From contig CM119267.1 of NCBI GenBank assembly GCA_051294375.1, forward strand, positions 17,650,937 through 17,714,936: a stretch of 64,000 nt of DNA. Reading direction: 5' to 3'. The notes beneath the pieces were generated by a model. That model had not been told where the DNA came from and searched no databases. It saw only the letters and a program-made list of their open reading frames with translations. Position 1 is the first letter of the stretch, and each line of letters begins with the position of its first letter. Of the stretch, positions 25,601 to 36,908 are shown piece by piece. A program made the position numbers and the translations under genes. This DNA is from Paraspadella gotoi (Eukaryota; Animalia; Chaetognatha).

Positions 25601-28600
25601 ACGTTGAGGCGAAGAAACAAAAGGCAATCGCGACTTACTCTTGGTTTAATTCGTTGAGAAACACGCAGCAGGTGAGGACTGATTAATTAGAGAGTCGGAT
25701 CGTCAATAAGAAAGAAAACTTGCGCTCTTGGTTTGATATTTTAAATATTCAAAATCTTAAATCATGTATCTTTTTTAAAAAAAATATTTTTTGGCCCTCA
25801 TTCCCTTTTCAGCGCGCCGGATGGCTTAAAATCCACATAAAATCCGCCTCAAATTTGATCGGAAACGGACGCAACATCCGGAACGTCGCCCCCATTGTCG
25901 TCGTGGAACTGGTCAACAGATACTTTCAGACAGATGCGGCGACATCGACGACGTCAATATCAACACAAGATGTCTCCAACTTGTTCACAGACGAGTTCCG
26001 ATGGGATAAGGCAAGAAACTGGGATTTAATTTTTTGTTTAACATCGATCAAAGGTTAAATCGATCCTGCGCCCAGGTGTTCGCCCTCCACTTTGAAGACA
26101 TCCACGAGACCCTTGAGTTTACCCTTTGGGATCAGTCCAAAGGTTCGAGTCAGGCAGCTTTCCTGGGAGCGCTGCACGTGCCGCTGCTCAAGGTGGTCAG
26201 CGGAGAAAAGTGGTTTCAATTAAAGGTATGGGGTTGATTAGCGAAAAAAAAAAAAAAAACAACAAGGGGCGATAGAAAAGTTATCCCAACTGTTCCATCA
26301 AGAAATTAATCCAGCTAATCGTTAGGATCAAAGCCTCAGCTCGCCAGTTTCCGGGCGCATCCTTCTCGAGTTCGACCTGGTCGTCAACCCCTTCAAAGCC
26401 GCCGTCAACCTCTTCCACATACGAAAGGTGACGACCGCTGAACTAACAAATTTAAAGATAGAGACAGCTAGAGTTAAATTGAAATAGAAAAATTTGAATT
26501 TTTTCCTACAGACAAAAGACGTTCGCGATGACCCGAAGCTCGACATGAAGTCGATGCGAAAAAACGTGGACGCTTTGAAAGAGCAGGGCCAGAAGATGGC
26601 GGCCATGGGCGCTAGGGTGCAGCAGTTCTTTGAGGTAAGACTTTGGGGGAGGTGAAATTATTGCAAAAGGTCGTGAAAAATACAAAGTAGCTAACTTAAA
26701 CAAATTTAATACGTTTCGTCCAATGAAAAGTCAGTTAAGACGTTCGAGTTAAGAGTTTTTAATCTTTTTTTTAAACATTTTCCCCGAACATCTCAGAGCG
26801 GCTCCATCATGAGCATCCTCATCGCCCTCCATATTTACTTGTTGGTTCTCTGGACTGCTCGAGCCTGGATGTTGCCATTGGCTCTTTGCGGTCTCATGTC
26901 CAGGAACTACGCTCTAAAATTTTTGACCTGGCGTCCCAGCCGCCGAAAGACACGGAGGAACCTTTCTGGCGCCGTCGTCCTCCCCGGATCTAAAACCGGC
27001 GCTGTCTCTAAAACCGGCGTCGCTAAGCTCAACTCCAGAGACTCTTCTCCCAACGGTCTCTCCGTCCCTGCCGTTCCACCCCCGTCACCCGTCGTCAAGT
27101 CGCCCAGTCTCCACGAAACCGTTCAGAACATCTGCCTTCAAGTCCAAGAGCTTCTCGATACGATCGTCGCCGTCAGGGAGCGCGCCGAGCACCTCGTCGA
27201 CTGGGTCATGCCTTTCCTCTCCGGCGTCCTCTTCTTCGTCTCCTTCATCGCCTTCCTCGTTCTCTTCTTCCTCCCGCTCCGCGTCGTCCTCAGCCTCGTC
27301 GGAGTCGTTGTGGCGGCGATGAAAATGACGCCGCGAAAAAACTACGGCCTGTTGGAGATTCTGATGAAGACGCCGTCGAAGGCGGAATTGAAGAAGGCGG
27401 AGGAGTTGGAGGTGTTTTTGCCGCAGTCCGATAGAGAGCGTGAGGATAAGAAGGAGGAGTAGGAAGAGGAGGAGGAAGGGCAGAACTGTCGACAACAATT
27501 ATCAGAAACCAGTCGTTTTGGAATTCTCCGCCTTTTACCGCCAATCAATAAACTTTGTACATGTTTTTCCTGAGAATTTTTTTTTCACAAAATCTCGCTT
27601 CTGCCGGCTGTAGTACTTTTTTATTCGCAATCGCGCTTTCATTTTTACGCAAAAAAATGTGATTTTATTTTTACAAAAAGTGTTATTCATCTCTCAATTA
27701 GTCGCGAAAGTCTCTCCAAGGTTTTCCTTTCGTTTGATTTGTAATTTTTTTAGGTGATTTATTAACTTATTTATTATATCAGTTTTTCCTTGGCGCTGAA
27801 CTTACTTCCACCATCCCGCCCTTACTAAACTCACCTCCCGTTCCCACGGCTTTTCCCTCCGCCTCGTCTCCGACGCCGCCTTTGCCGGCGCTCTTTCCCG
27901 GCGTCGGCTCTACCAGGGATCCGCTCGGCGTTTCGGTGGAGCCGGACGCGACGCCAGGCTGCACAGTCGGCGGCTCGAGGGTCGTTGGCGCCAGCGTGAA
28001 GATCTCCGGCTTTTGAGGCTCCTTGGGGCCGAGTCGCTCCTCCAGGGCTGTTGGAGCGTCGTGGGGGAAATGGGCGGGAGAGAGAAGGGGTAAAATAAAT
28101 AATTGGATTAATATTAAGCTTAGGTCAGACTATTATTTACTTCTCGATCTATCATCGCCAGGAATGTAAAACATAATACGCGCAGATTTCAAAAAGTAAA
28201 AAAGGTGCTTTGAATAAAAAAGGGGAAGGAGAAAAGAGGAAAGAAGAAAATGACTACCGATAACTAAATTGCATTGAAGAATTCTGTACCTTTGCTCAAT
28301 TTGCGCGCTTCAATCAAGGGCCAACGAAAAATATAAAGAAGAAGAAAAAGGGTAACGCAAAATAGAAAGAAAAAAAAACAAGCGAAGGTAGTCACAATGT
28401 TTATTTTTTATTTATTTATTTTTTAATGTCCCCGTCTCTTCTCGTATTTTTTTCCATCCGGCTTTCACGTTTCTCGGCCACTCTAACTGCTACTCGCACC
28501 ACTCTCCCTTCCTCTACACTCTCTCCTTATTTCTTCTCCCTTCCTCTACACTGTCTCCTAATTTCTTCTCCCTTCCTCTACAGTCTACACTCTCTCCTTA

Positions 28601-28840
28601 TTTCTTCTCCCTTCCCCGTCTTATCTTTCCTTACCCTCTCTCCCCTTCTCTCACTTACCCTCGAAGTAGATCTGCAACTGGGTTCCGTTCTTCGCTTTGT
28701 CCAGTTTGAAGCGAAACTCCAGCTCTCGCGCGTTTTTCGTGGAGAAAAAGTCGAGCGAGGGTTTGTTATCGCGACACCACCGAGCCACGAGTTTCCAGGG
28801 GTCGAGAAGGGCACACGATTCGTAGACTTCGAGGTGCTCT

Positions 28841-28918
<78 letters not shown>

Positions 28919-30471
28919 AAGGAGGGGTAGACAGGCGCAAAAGAGGGTTTAAAAAAGTATTGCGTTCGCTTTAAATTTACTGCAATATGCTAATGAGATT
29001 ATTAGTTTTATAAAGCTAATAATCTCATTTGCATATTAAATTATTATAATTTTATTATATTATATATTCTTCATGGCTTGTATTTGAAATTTTATGTAGT
29101 TGATGGTTTAGTTTATTTATTAAACAATTAGACCTGCGACTTTCCGTCTGGAAAACTTGATCTTTCTTGGTCATCGGTCAATTCTCGAGCCGTCGATTCG
29201 TTTCCTTTCAATTGTTTTATGGAACGTACTTTGTTTGACAAGAATAGCCTCATTGTGTAACGTTTATTAAATTGGTACAAACAATATAAAAATTATCCAT
29301 TCCTTTAATAAATGAGCTATCTTGCCCCTGACTTTGGACAGAAATTGGTGGTTTTCAATCAAGAATCAGTCTCTTTTTTTTTCACTCCCGGATTACCTGG
29401 CTTCCCTCTCAATGAAGTGGTTTAATATTTCAAAGAAAGTTTCAATAGTAGTTTTGTTAATTTTGTTAATTAGAGTTTTTTACCATTTTCTTTCGCCCTG
29501 TGATAGTGTATTTTGTTTATGTAAATCTTCTTTGATATTTATTTCTAAATCTGACTTCGATACTAACCTTTGTAACAGGAGCTGACGAAGTGAACCCGTT
29601 GAAGCTTAAGACGCATGACGTGGTCGTCGGGGATGGCGAGGCGGAGGTGGCACCACTCCCGCATCACGGAGGTGATGTAGCCGCGAGGGGAGGAGATCAC
29701 GTGATTCACGTAGCAGAAAGTGTAGCCTGGAATGGAGGTGGGGGCCAGATGATGTAAAAAAAAGGACCAGTGAGAGAATTTGTTTTTAGATTGTATATTT
29801 GTTGCTGTTTTTTAACTTTTTTTTATAAATGCCACTTTTATTTAATTTTAACTATTCAGTTTGTTTAAAATCGTACATGTTTCGACTAATTACAACGAGT
29901 GCTTTATTTTCTTCCATTGAGTCGAGTATCACTCACGCAATTGAACCAGACTCACTTGAAAGGCACTGGTATTCGACTTGGATGTAGTCGTGATGTTTGG
30001 ACCAATTCCACGCCGCCGACGCCGCCGACGCCGCCGTTGACTCGGAAGAGAGTTTATCCGACTCGCTTGCGCCTCGGCGGCCACCGTCGACTCTCCCGCC
30101 CCCCGCCGCCTTTTGTTTGGCGTCCTTCGCCTTTTGTTTCGTCGATTTCGCCTTTGGTTTCGTCGCGATTCGCCGCTGGGGGCATTTCGGCGGTTCGCCT
30201 CGGGGTTCCAGGTACTGAAAACAAATGAACAAGTTTTTTTTATATTCAGTTAAAATTCAAGTTTACGCTCAATTTTGGATCATGTTTATTGGCTCTGGTT
30301 GACTTCTCTCATTGTATGCAATAACTAATAAATGGCTAGGTTGCAAAAATAAAAGGCAAGAATTGCAAGCAAGTCCAACCTGCAGGGGGAGACGGCATTG
30401 CTGCGTGCCGTCGCACGGAACGCGGGACGGGAAATCGGCGGATGCAGTCAGTTTGGGCGTCGACGCTCTGG

Positions 30472-30561
<90 letters not shown>

Positions 30562-31793
30562 ATTGAAAATCTCCATTTGAATGAATTTCTTTGAGAATCT
30601 TTGAGAATGAGACTTCAACGAGACTACAATTCAGACGACGGACGGACGACGACGACGACGACGACGACGACAAAAATCGAAAATTGTTTTCAAAACAAAG
30701 CCGAATTTGATTTCAGACAACAAAACAAAAAACGTCGCGCGATATAAAGACGGGAGGATAAATACGTTGTCTTTTAAGTTAACCTTAAAGGGATAAAAAA
30801 GTATTCATTGTTTCGGTGCTTTTTATTTTTATCATTTTATTTATTGAAATTGAGTTTTCTCAAGTTTTAAATTTCGTATTCGTTTTATTCGTTCGAAAAT
30901 TAATAAAATTTTAAAAATCAAAAATATTTAAATACTTAAAGTTAAAAAAACTAAACTGTTCTCTTATAAATAGAAAAAGCAAAGAAATTGAGTTGGCGAT
31001 AAAATAAAAATCTTGATCGCACAAAATCATCTCATATTTTTAGTACTAAAATTTCGCAATACCTTAATTTCTCAAAAGCGACAAGATGTACAAATAAATG
31101 CAACCGAAAATTTACGGTTTCTCTATTCTCGCCATTTTAATTTGAATTTCTTTCCATCTTCCGTTAGGTCACTGTTGAATGTGTTGATTCCTCTCCCTTC
31201 TACTTTCCTATTTTTCATTCACGATACTTATCCACTTCTCGACATTAGTTCTTTTCTCTCTCCCCTCTCCCTTCTCTCCTATTTTTATCTTTTGTTTTTC
31301 CTCTTTTTTCTCGCGTCGCACCTGAGGATTCCGCCGTAAGTCGCGACGAGCCGCGAATTTTAAACAAAAGACAGTCGACTCCGGTTCAAGCGCCGAGAAA
31401 AAAAAAATTGTTTTCTTAGACTTAGACCCTACACTTAGTTAGGAAAAGAAAATTATCAAACAGAGAAAAAACGCATTCATTCGCAGTTCAGAAATCTTGA
31501 GTAATCTCAGGACCTCTGGAAGTTTGCCGACCTTCGACCCACCCGCCAAATACCCATCCCACTCCACAGCCCTAACCTGTAAGCGCAGGCCTGGTAGGTG
31601 TTCCCCGGGCCCCACCATCCGTGAAAGGCTTTGAGCAGATGGATGCGAGTCTGTCCGGTGCATTTGAGGCTCAAGTCCAGCGTCGGCGAATCGCTTTCGG
31701 TCTCTGACGACGACGACGACGACGACGAGGATGACGACGATGTCGACACCAAAGACTTCATGCATTTGTTGATGATTCGGTAGTTGCCTTCGC
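14514..31793 (-). CDS. Putative single-pass receptor: SUEL/Gal-lectin + CUB + Pro/Thr/Gly stalk + TM + Cys cluster + long disordered tail with C-terminal PDZ-type motif; first exon not resolved
   Basis: Ectodomain exons are phase-compatible: 31793-31577 (NKC...LSLKCTGQTRIHLLKAFHGWW...ACAY), 30467-30380 (CDGTQQCRL), 30214-29956 (PKC...DYIQVEYQC), 29726-29568 (CYVNHVISSPRGYITS...WCHLRL), 28838-28659 (HLEVYE...ARWC...LEFRF), 28047-27835 (stalk). Next come 20211-20051 (TM, needs about three indel fixes), 19440-19151 (TRCCLRLRVCCCG), 18986-18862, 18637-18537, 18369-18247, 18151-18006, small exons 17537-16623, a large exon at about 16140-15140 (gapped) and terminal exon 14806-14514 (...TGSHSHI*). 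The junction between the two halves is inferred. Confidence 0.7.
17271..18033. repeat. ~360-bp direct duplication across a gap (17271-17627 vs 17661-18033) containing two small exons
   Basis: Colinear copies that differ by 1-nt indels and flank 25 Ns. Confidence 0.8.
21400..21790. mobile_element. AT-rich foldback/MITE-like family copy
   Basis: Shares aaaaaagaattatactttgtgtaga.aactttttat.agctat and tccattgaaagt with 6250-6660. Confidence 0.6.
22885..27462 (+). CDS. MCTP: Multiple C2 and transmembrane domain-containing protein (MCTP-like), start codon unresolved
   Basis: Phase-compatible exons 22885-22984, 23274-23369, 23430-23637, 24224-24397, 24755-24951, 25143-25354, 25541-25671, 25813-26010, 26076-26225, 26326-26427, 26512-26634, 26797-27462. 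Three C2 domains (C2B: AMDENGFSDPYVVFRLG...TLNPSWQE...VFDYDFMAKDDFIG; C2C: EDIHETLEFTLWD...FLGALHVPLL), VNPFKAAV and C-terminal TM/PRT_C region QVQELLD...RERAEHLVDWVMPFLS...LPLR. AATAAA at 27547. Confidence 0.92.
28984..29037. other. 54-bp near-perfect palindrome with octamer motifs
   Basis: aatatgctaatgagattattagtttta|taaagctaataatctcatttgcatatt; contains ATTTGCAT and ATGCTAAT. Confidence 0.7.
29310..29450 (-). mobile_element. Dispersed repeat, probable Penelope-like GIY-YIG endonuclease 3' remnant
   Basis: Homologous to 41270-41435 (tacctggcttcc.....atgaa.tggt.....tatttcaaagaaagtttcaat). Confidence 0.5.
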
Positions 31794-32141
31794 CTGGAAG
31801 AGAGGGATGGAGAAAAGTACGATATATGCTATGTATAGAATGACGACGATCTGAGTGAATGGTTTAATGACGCGTTAAATATCTCATAGCTCTATACTTG
31901 GTTATACGCGTTTTACATCTTTCGTTACGGTTCTGCGACTTTTTGACTTAGAATTTAAATTTTGAAACCAAATTGCATTCTGATTAATTTTATTTTAAAA
32001 ATCCCTCGTGTCGTAAGTAACGGAATTCAAAGACGAACGAATGAATTTGAAACACGAAGCGACATCTGATTTCTAAACTCATAAAGTCAATAAAGTTATA
32101 ACATCAAACGACGACTGCACTCTCTCTTCTCTCTCTCTCTC

Positions 32142-32208
<67 letters not shown>

Positions 32209-32509
32209 TTCTCTCTCTCACTTTCTTTCTTCTCTCTCTCTTAAAAGGACATGGAACGTGTCCTTTTTATTTCCTCCACTGCCGATGACGCCAAAAACAA
32301 TGACAACAACAACAACACCAATAGTATCGATTCTTTCTTGGAAAAACCGAGGAAATTGCGAATGTTCGTTTAATGTTTAGTTTTAAAACGTAATTAGACT
32401 TAGAGACGTATTATTAATTAATTTTTAAAACTAACTAAAACAAACAAATCATTTTACCTTTTGACTTTTCATTTTCTTCTTCAAATTGGAGAATACAAGG
32501 AGAAAAAGC

Positions 32510-32598
<89 letters not shown>

Positions 32599-33174
32599 AG
32601 AGAGAGATCCGATAATTCGATTTGCCACGCGGCGCGACTCAATCCGCGTCTAGTTTTTTTTTTTTTTTTTTTTTTTCTATTCGGTTTCGTCACAGAGGCA
32701 GCCATAGCGACGGCAGCAGCAGCGACGACAGAATCAGCAGTATTAGTAAGCGCAGAGCAGGAAACTGCGTCGTTACCAGCGACAATTCCGTCATACGCGG
32801 CGACGAAATCGATGAAAGGGAAAGTGAAGTTGGAACGAAAAGGTAAGTATCATTTTAGAAATGGCTCTTTGACACAAAATGATATTTTAGTAAGATTTTT
32901 GAAGTAACGGTAATTACGTAAGGTACTGAACTGTAAAGAGTTATGAGAGAATATAACTATTTGAAGTAATAATGGTTCGGAATTTGAAAAAGTAGGGTAT
33001 CTTGAAAGGTAAGGCGCCTCTAAAGGTAAGGCCTCATCAATGCCAGAGAGTCCTGAGAGGGCGGCGTTATATGAAGGACGGCGTCTTTGCTGCTGAAGAT
33101 TAATTAAAGATCCGAAGAGGAAAAGAAATTCGTGTGAGAGAGCAGAGAGAGAGAAGTTATATGTAGAGAGTAGT

Positions 33175-33220
<46 letters not shown>

Positions 33221-33887
33221 AAACACCTGAGGAAACTGAGGTTGTTGAAAAAATTATTTTCATTTCATTTAACAAGTTAATTACGCTGAGAAAGATGATC
33301 CCTAGTGGGTTTTGTATTTTTGTTAAAGTTTCCGTTTGACGTCTACCCGAACTCTTTTAAAACCATGATAGTGATAATCCACGAACGGTTTTCATTTTGA
33401 TCTCAATTTTATTGCCTGCCCCGCTTTTCCTTTCCTTCTTTCTCTTTGCCACGCCGACGTCCTTCGCAAGGCTCTTTTACTCTCGACTCCCGAACCAACC
33501 CGACTCCACCCAGCAGTCATACTGGCTCGATAGCGAGGCCCTGTGATATTTTCCTGTCATCTACCCCACTAAGCTCTTATAGTGCAGTCCCAGCACCCAC
33601 GTCCCTTAGTTAAAACATCTTTTAATACATTAATACATTTTATATACAGCTTTTCCCTTCAACACTCTGTCACCCCTATTACCGCCATTGCTCCTGTCCC
33701 TCCTCTTCTCCCTTCTCCTACTTACGTTCTTTTCTCTACCCCGTGACACCTCTACCACCTCTATCAACCCCAGCACCATCCCAGCACCCCCCTCCGCTTG
33801 TCTTCGTCGCCATAGAAATCAGCGTTAATGGAAAAGCCATCAGCCTAAGAAGCGACTCCTTTACTCTTTTATTTATCCGCGAGAATA

Positions 33888-33922
<35 letters not shown>

Positions 33923-34789
33923 GCGTTATTTATATTCATTATCTTTGTTTAAAACGCGGGCCGCGTTTTCTCGTTTGTCCATTATGACGCCTCATCGATA
34001 TTTCACCTCGCGATGCCTCAACCGATTTTTTTTTCCTTGGTTTTGCTTTCTGTTTTTGTTTTTGTGGTTTTGTTTTTGACTATTAGTTTTGATTTTTAAT
34101 TTGATATTTATTTATAGTTTCGATATTGTCTGTGGTTTAATGATTCGTGATTCGCGTCCCGAGGAATCATCAGCAGGATATGAAATAAAGAACAGAATGG
34201 AACTTAAACACCCCCGTCTTGTAAATGAAAAACGCCAATAGCAACACCCTGTATCCTCTTCGCAGCCGTCTTTCTCCGGAACGAGACTTCAGTTTTCCAT
34301 CGTTAATCGCCTCATTTGCATAAACGAGTCTTGAATCATCCGTTGATCGAGAGAAAAAAGAGGTGAGGATTGGCGGGAAATTTTATTCGAAGCGAGAAAA
34401 GAAAAATTAATCGGAATTTCGAGTGAAATGAGAAAAATGACGACGTCATTCTGACGGCGACGACGAGGACGACGACGAGGACGAAGACGACGACGACGAC
34501 GACGACGAAGACGTTGACGAGGCCGACGACAACAGCCATGACGACATCGACGTGGACGTCGACAACGACGAAGTTGAAGACGAAAAATAAGACATTCGTT
34601 TGATGATGATAAGAAAATCCAATTACTTTTAACTATCAAAAAAAACTTTTTATATTGAAATGAAATCAAAATGGCGCTTGTCAGGTGAAGAGAAACGTTT
34701 TCATTTTTCAGCCCAAAAAATGAAAACGTTTTAAACGTCGACCTTTGTCGCAGTTGTCGATTTTGTTGTTGTTGTTGTTGAGGCCCATC

Positions 34790-36240
34790 AACTGGCCAGG
34801 CGCAAAGGAAGAAGTCTCAGTTGATAGCCCCTCGAGACAGCATTGATATCCACAAGGAGGAGGTCGAAGAAGAATTAAGAAACGCCACAACCACAGAACT
34901 TTTCCCGTCCCACTAGCTCAGAGAAATCAGAGATTGGCAAACAACAAACTCAATTTTCAAGGAGGTATTTTGTTGGCTCAAAAACAACGGCAAAGAGAAA
35001 GCAAAACTTTGCTTGAAAAAAGATGACAAAAGGCAAAAATACGGCGGAGAGGTATCTCACAAATTGCATAGACGACCTTGAGGTCAACCACGGACCAATA
35101 TCCTCACCATAAGAGGCTACAAGGGGACACGCCAACCTACAAGTACGTCGTCCCACCCGAAAAGGCTGAAGGCAATCACTCATAAGATACATATACAATT
35201 TGGAACACCCAGGGGCGAGATGCGCACAGCTTTATCACAGCCCAATACATCTCCACACCAGGATTAACATCAGCAGCCGCGAAAGTTGTGGCGAAATTGC
35301 GATAATTGCGCAAAAGCCACGGATCAACAAAAGAACAACGAGACCTACGTCAGCGCCCAACACCTTCGCCATGCGCTCCGTGGGAATCATTAAGCATTGA
35401 CGTAATGCATCTACAACCGTTTCAGGTTACAAATACGCTTAATCGCCTCAGACAATGCATCTGCATTACACCTGGGCAATCCCACTGAAACGCAGCTGAC
35501 GCCGACAGCGCCTCGTCAAGGCAACTTGATGAAAATATCTTTTCCTCCATGGATCATATCTCGAAAAAATTTTGAATGGAGCAACACAACTCAAACGGAG
35601 GCGCAATGAAATCTATTCTGAAACCTCCTTGATACAACGGCGAAAAATATAGTTGGACGCAAAAATAGTCAACAGGGCCGAAAGAGATATTGGCAGAATA
35701 AGACAGGCTTGCGCAAAGCAGTCCGAAGATCCAACCAGACAAATGGCTCCAAATGTTACCCCCCAGCTCGATGTATTGTTAAACGCCACTCCTATCATCG
35801 GCTAGAAAACAGATATGTCCCCCCATGAGATCCAGTATGGACACAGCCAAGGATCCTCGAAAGTGCCGACGACTACACCAAAAGAGTCACTCGTTGGTTT
35901 AAGTCAGAAACCGAGCAAACAGGCGAGAGGAAGCTGAAAAGAAAGCTGGCAAGTCCAGAGGCTTGCCTCTACAGGCAAAGCTCAAGACGGAACCCTTAAC
36001 AGGAAGCCAAAAGAAATCAAAGTAGGGGACTTGGTAATTGGCAAGAAGGGACCTCATCAACAACGGGCGCAGCACCAACCGAAAACAAAGTCAAGCGCAT
36101 CTATACAGGCCCTGCACCAAGTTCCTTCAAAAGACGGAATCACTTTGTAATAAGCATAACGGCCCAGCGATCTAAATATCACAGACGTCGTCTCAAAACT
36201 CCACCAAGCGCCCGAGAAGATGCCATCGATAGATAGAAAT
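34790..36240 (+). pseudogene. Gypsy-type integrase (frameshifted)
   Basis: Read across frames: KYVVPPE, HIQFG-HPG and NCDNCAK (HHCC finger, 35181-35318), PWESLSIDVMHL (first catalytic Asp), NRAERDIGRIRQ (catalytic Glu, 35671), DKWLQMLP, LNATP, SPHEIQYG and IKVGDLVI...KRIYTGP (GPY/F motif). Confidence 0.85.
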
Positions 36241-36370
36241 CAACATAGTAAAACTAGTGTAACGCAAGACGTACAAAAGAAACAAACAAATCTGACGCCA
36301 AAAATCTCTCCCTGATCTTTCTCGTAATTTCTCTTATTTCTCCGAAATCTCTCTAATCTCTCGTAATCTT

Positions 36371-36640
36371 GAAAGAAACAATAGAGCAACGGAGCCATTT
36401 CCCAAAGAAAAGAGAAACGACGTTAAAACGAAAAACAATAACTTTTTCAAGCCAAACAAGCCAAACAACACCATAATCTCATTTTCCCCTCACTAACAGG
36501 ATTAAAAGAAAACAATAGAGCAACGGAGCCATTTCCAAAGAAAAAAGGAAACGACGCTAAAACCTTTTTCAAGCCAAAGAAAAGAAACGACGCTAAAATT
36601 TTTTTTCAAGGCCAAACAAGGTAAAAAGAAAACAATAAAC
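36371..36640. repeat. Internal direct repeats in the pol-env spacer
   Basis: aaacaatagagcaacggagccatttcc at about 36376 and 36510. The motifs aaacgacg.taaaa and ttttcaag.ccaaa are also repeated. Confidence 0.75.
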
Positions 36641-36654
36641 TTCCCGACGCGAAC

Positions 36655-36790
36655 CGCGGACCAATCAGGAAGGCTCCCAAAAAACTTTACAAAACGCCAA
36701 TCATGAATCAAGAACAAAAAAAACGGGAATCCAGCCCACGTCCGTTGATCCGACCAGCGAGTTTAAAAGGGGACAGAAAGACGAACTCGC
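36655..36790 (+). promoter_or_regulatory. Candidate internal promoter for the env-like ORF
   Basis: CCAATC at 36661 and 36697 and TATA-like TTTAAAAGGG at 36762, about 145 nt before the ATG at 36909. Confidence 0.45.
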
Positions 36791-36908
36791 CATCCAAGAG
36801 CAAGAAGAAACGTTCCAAGAGATTCTTGCCAATCTTCTCGCGAAATTGAAATCAAAAATAAAAGATCGTCAACAGATTTCAAAATAAATCGCAAGAGAAA
36901 CAAGAATC

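Noticed and set aside
27085-27498. Antisense ORF over the MCTP last exon with a TM-like LPFLLLFLLLLLILTL, phase-compatible with the donor at 27835
   Set aside because: The Leu/Phe run is the expected reverse complement of GAG/GAA/AAG-rich sequence. The exon at 20211 explains the missing TM better. Not excluded without RNA-seq.
32260-32794. Candidate signal-peptide exons for the SUEL-CUB gene (MTELSLVTTQFPALRLLILLILSSLLLP; ILLVLLLLSLFLASSA)
   Set aside because: Plausible, but neither gives a clean phase-1 donor with a start codon, so they were left out of the model.
34693-34731. 16-bp stem hairpin just upstream of the retroelement fragment
   Set aside because: AT-rich with no Helitron CTRR end or other context, so no function can be supported.
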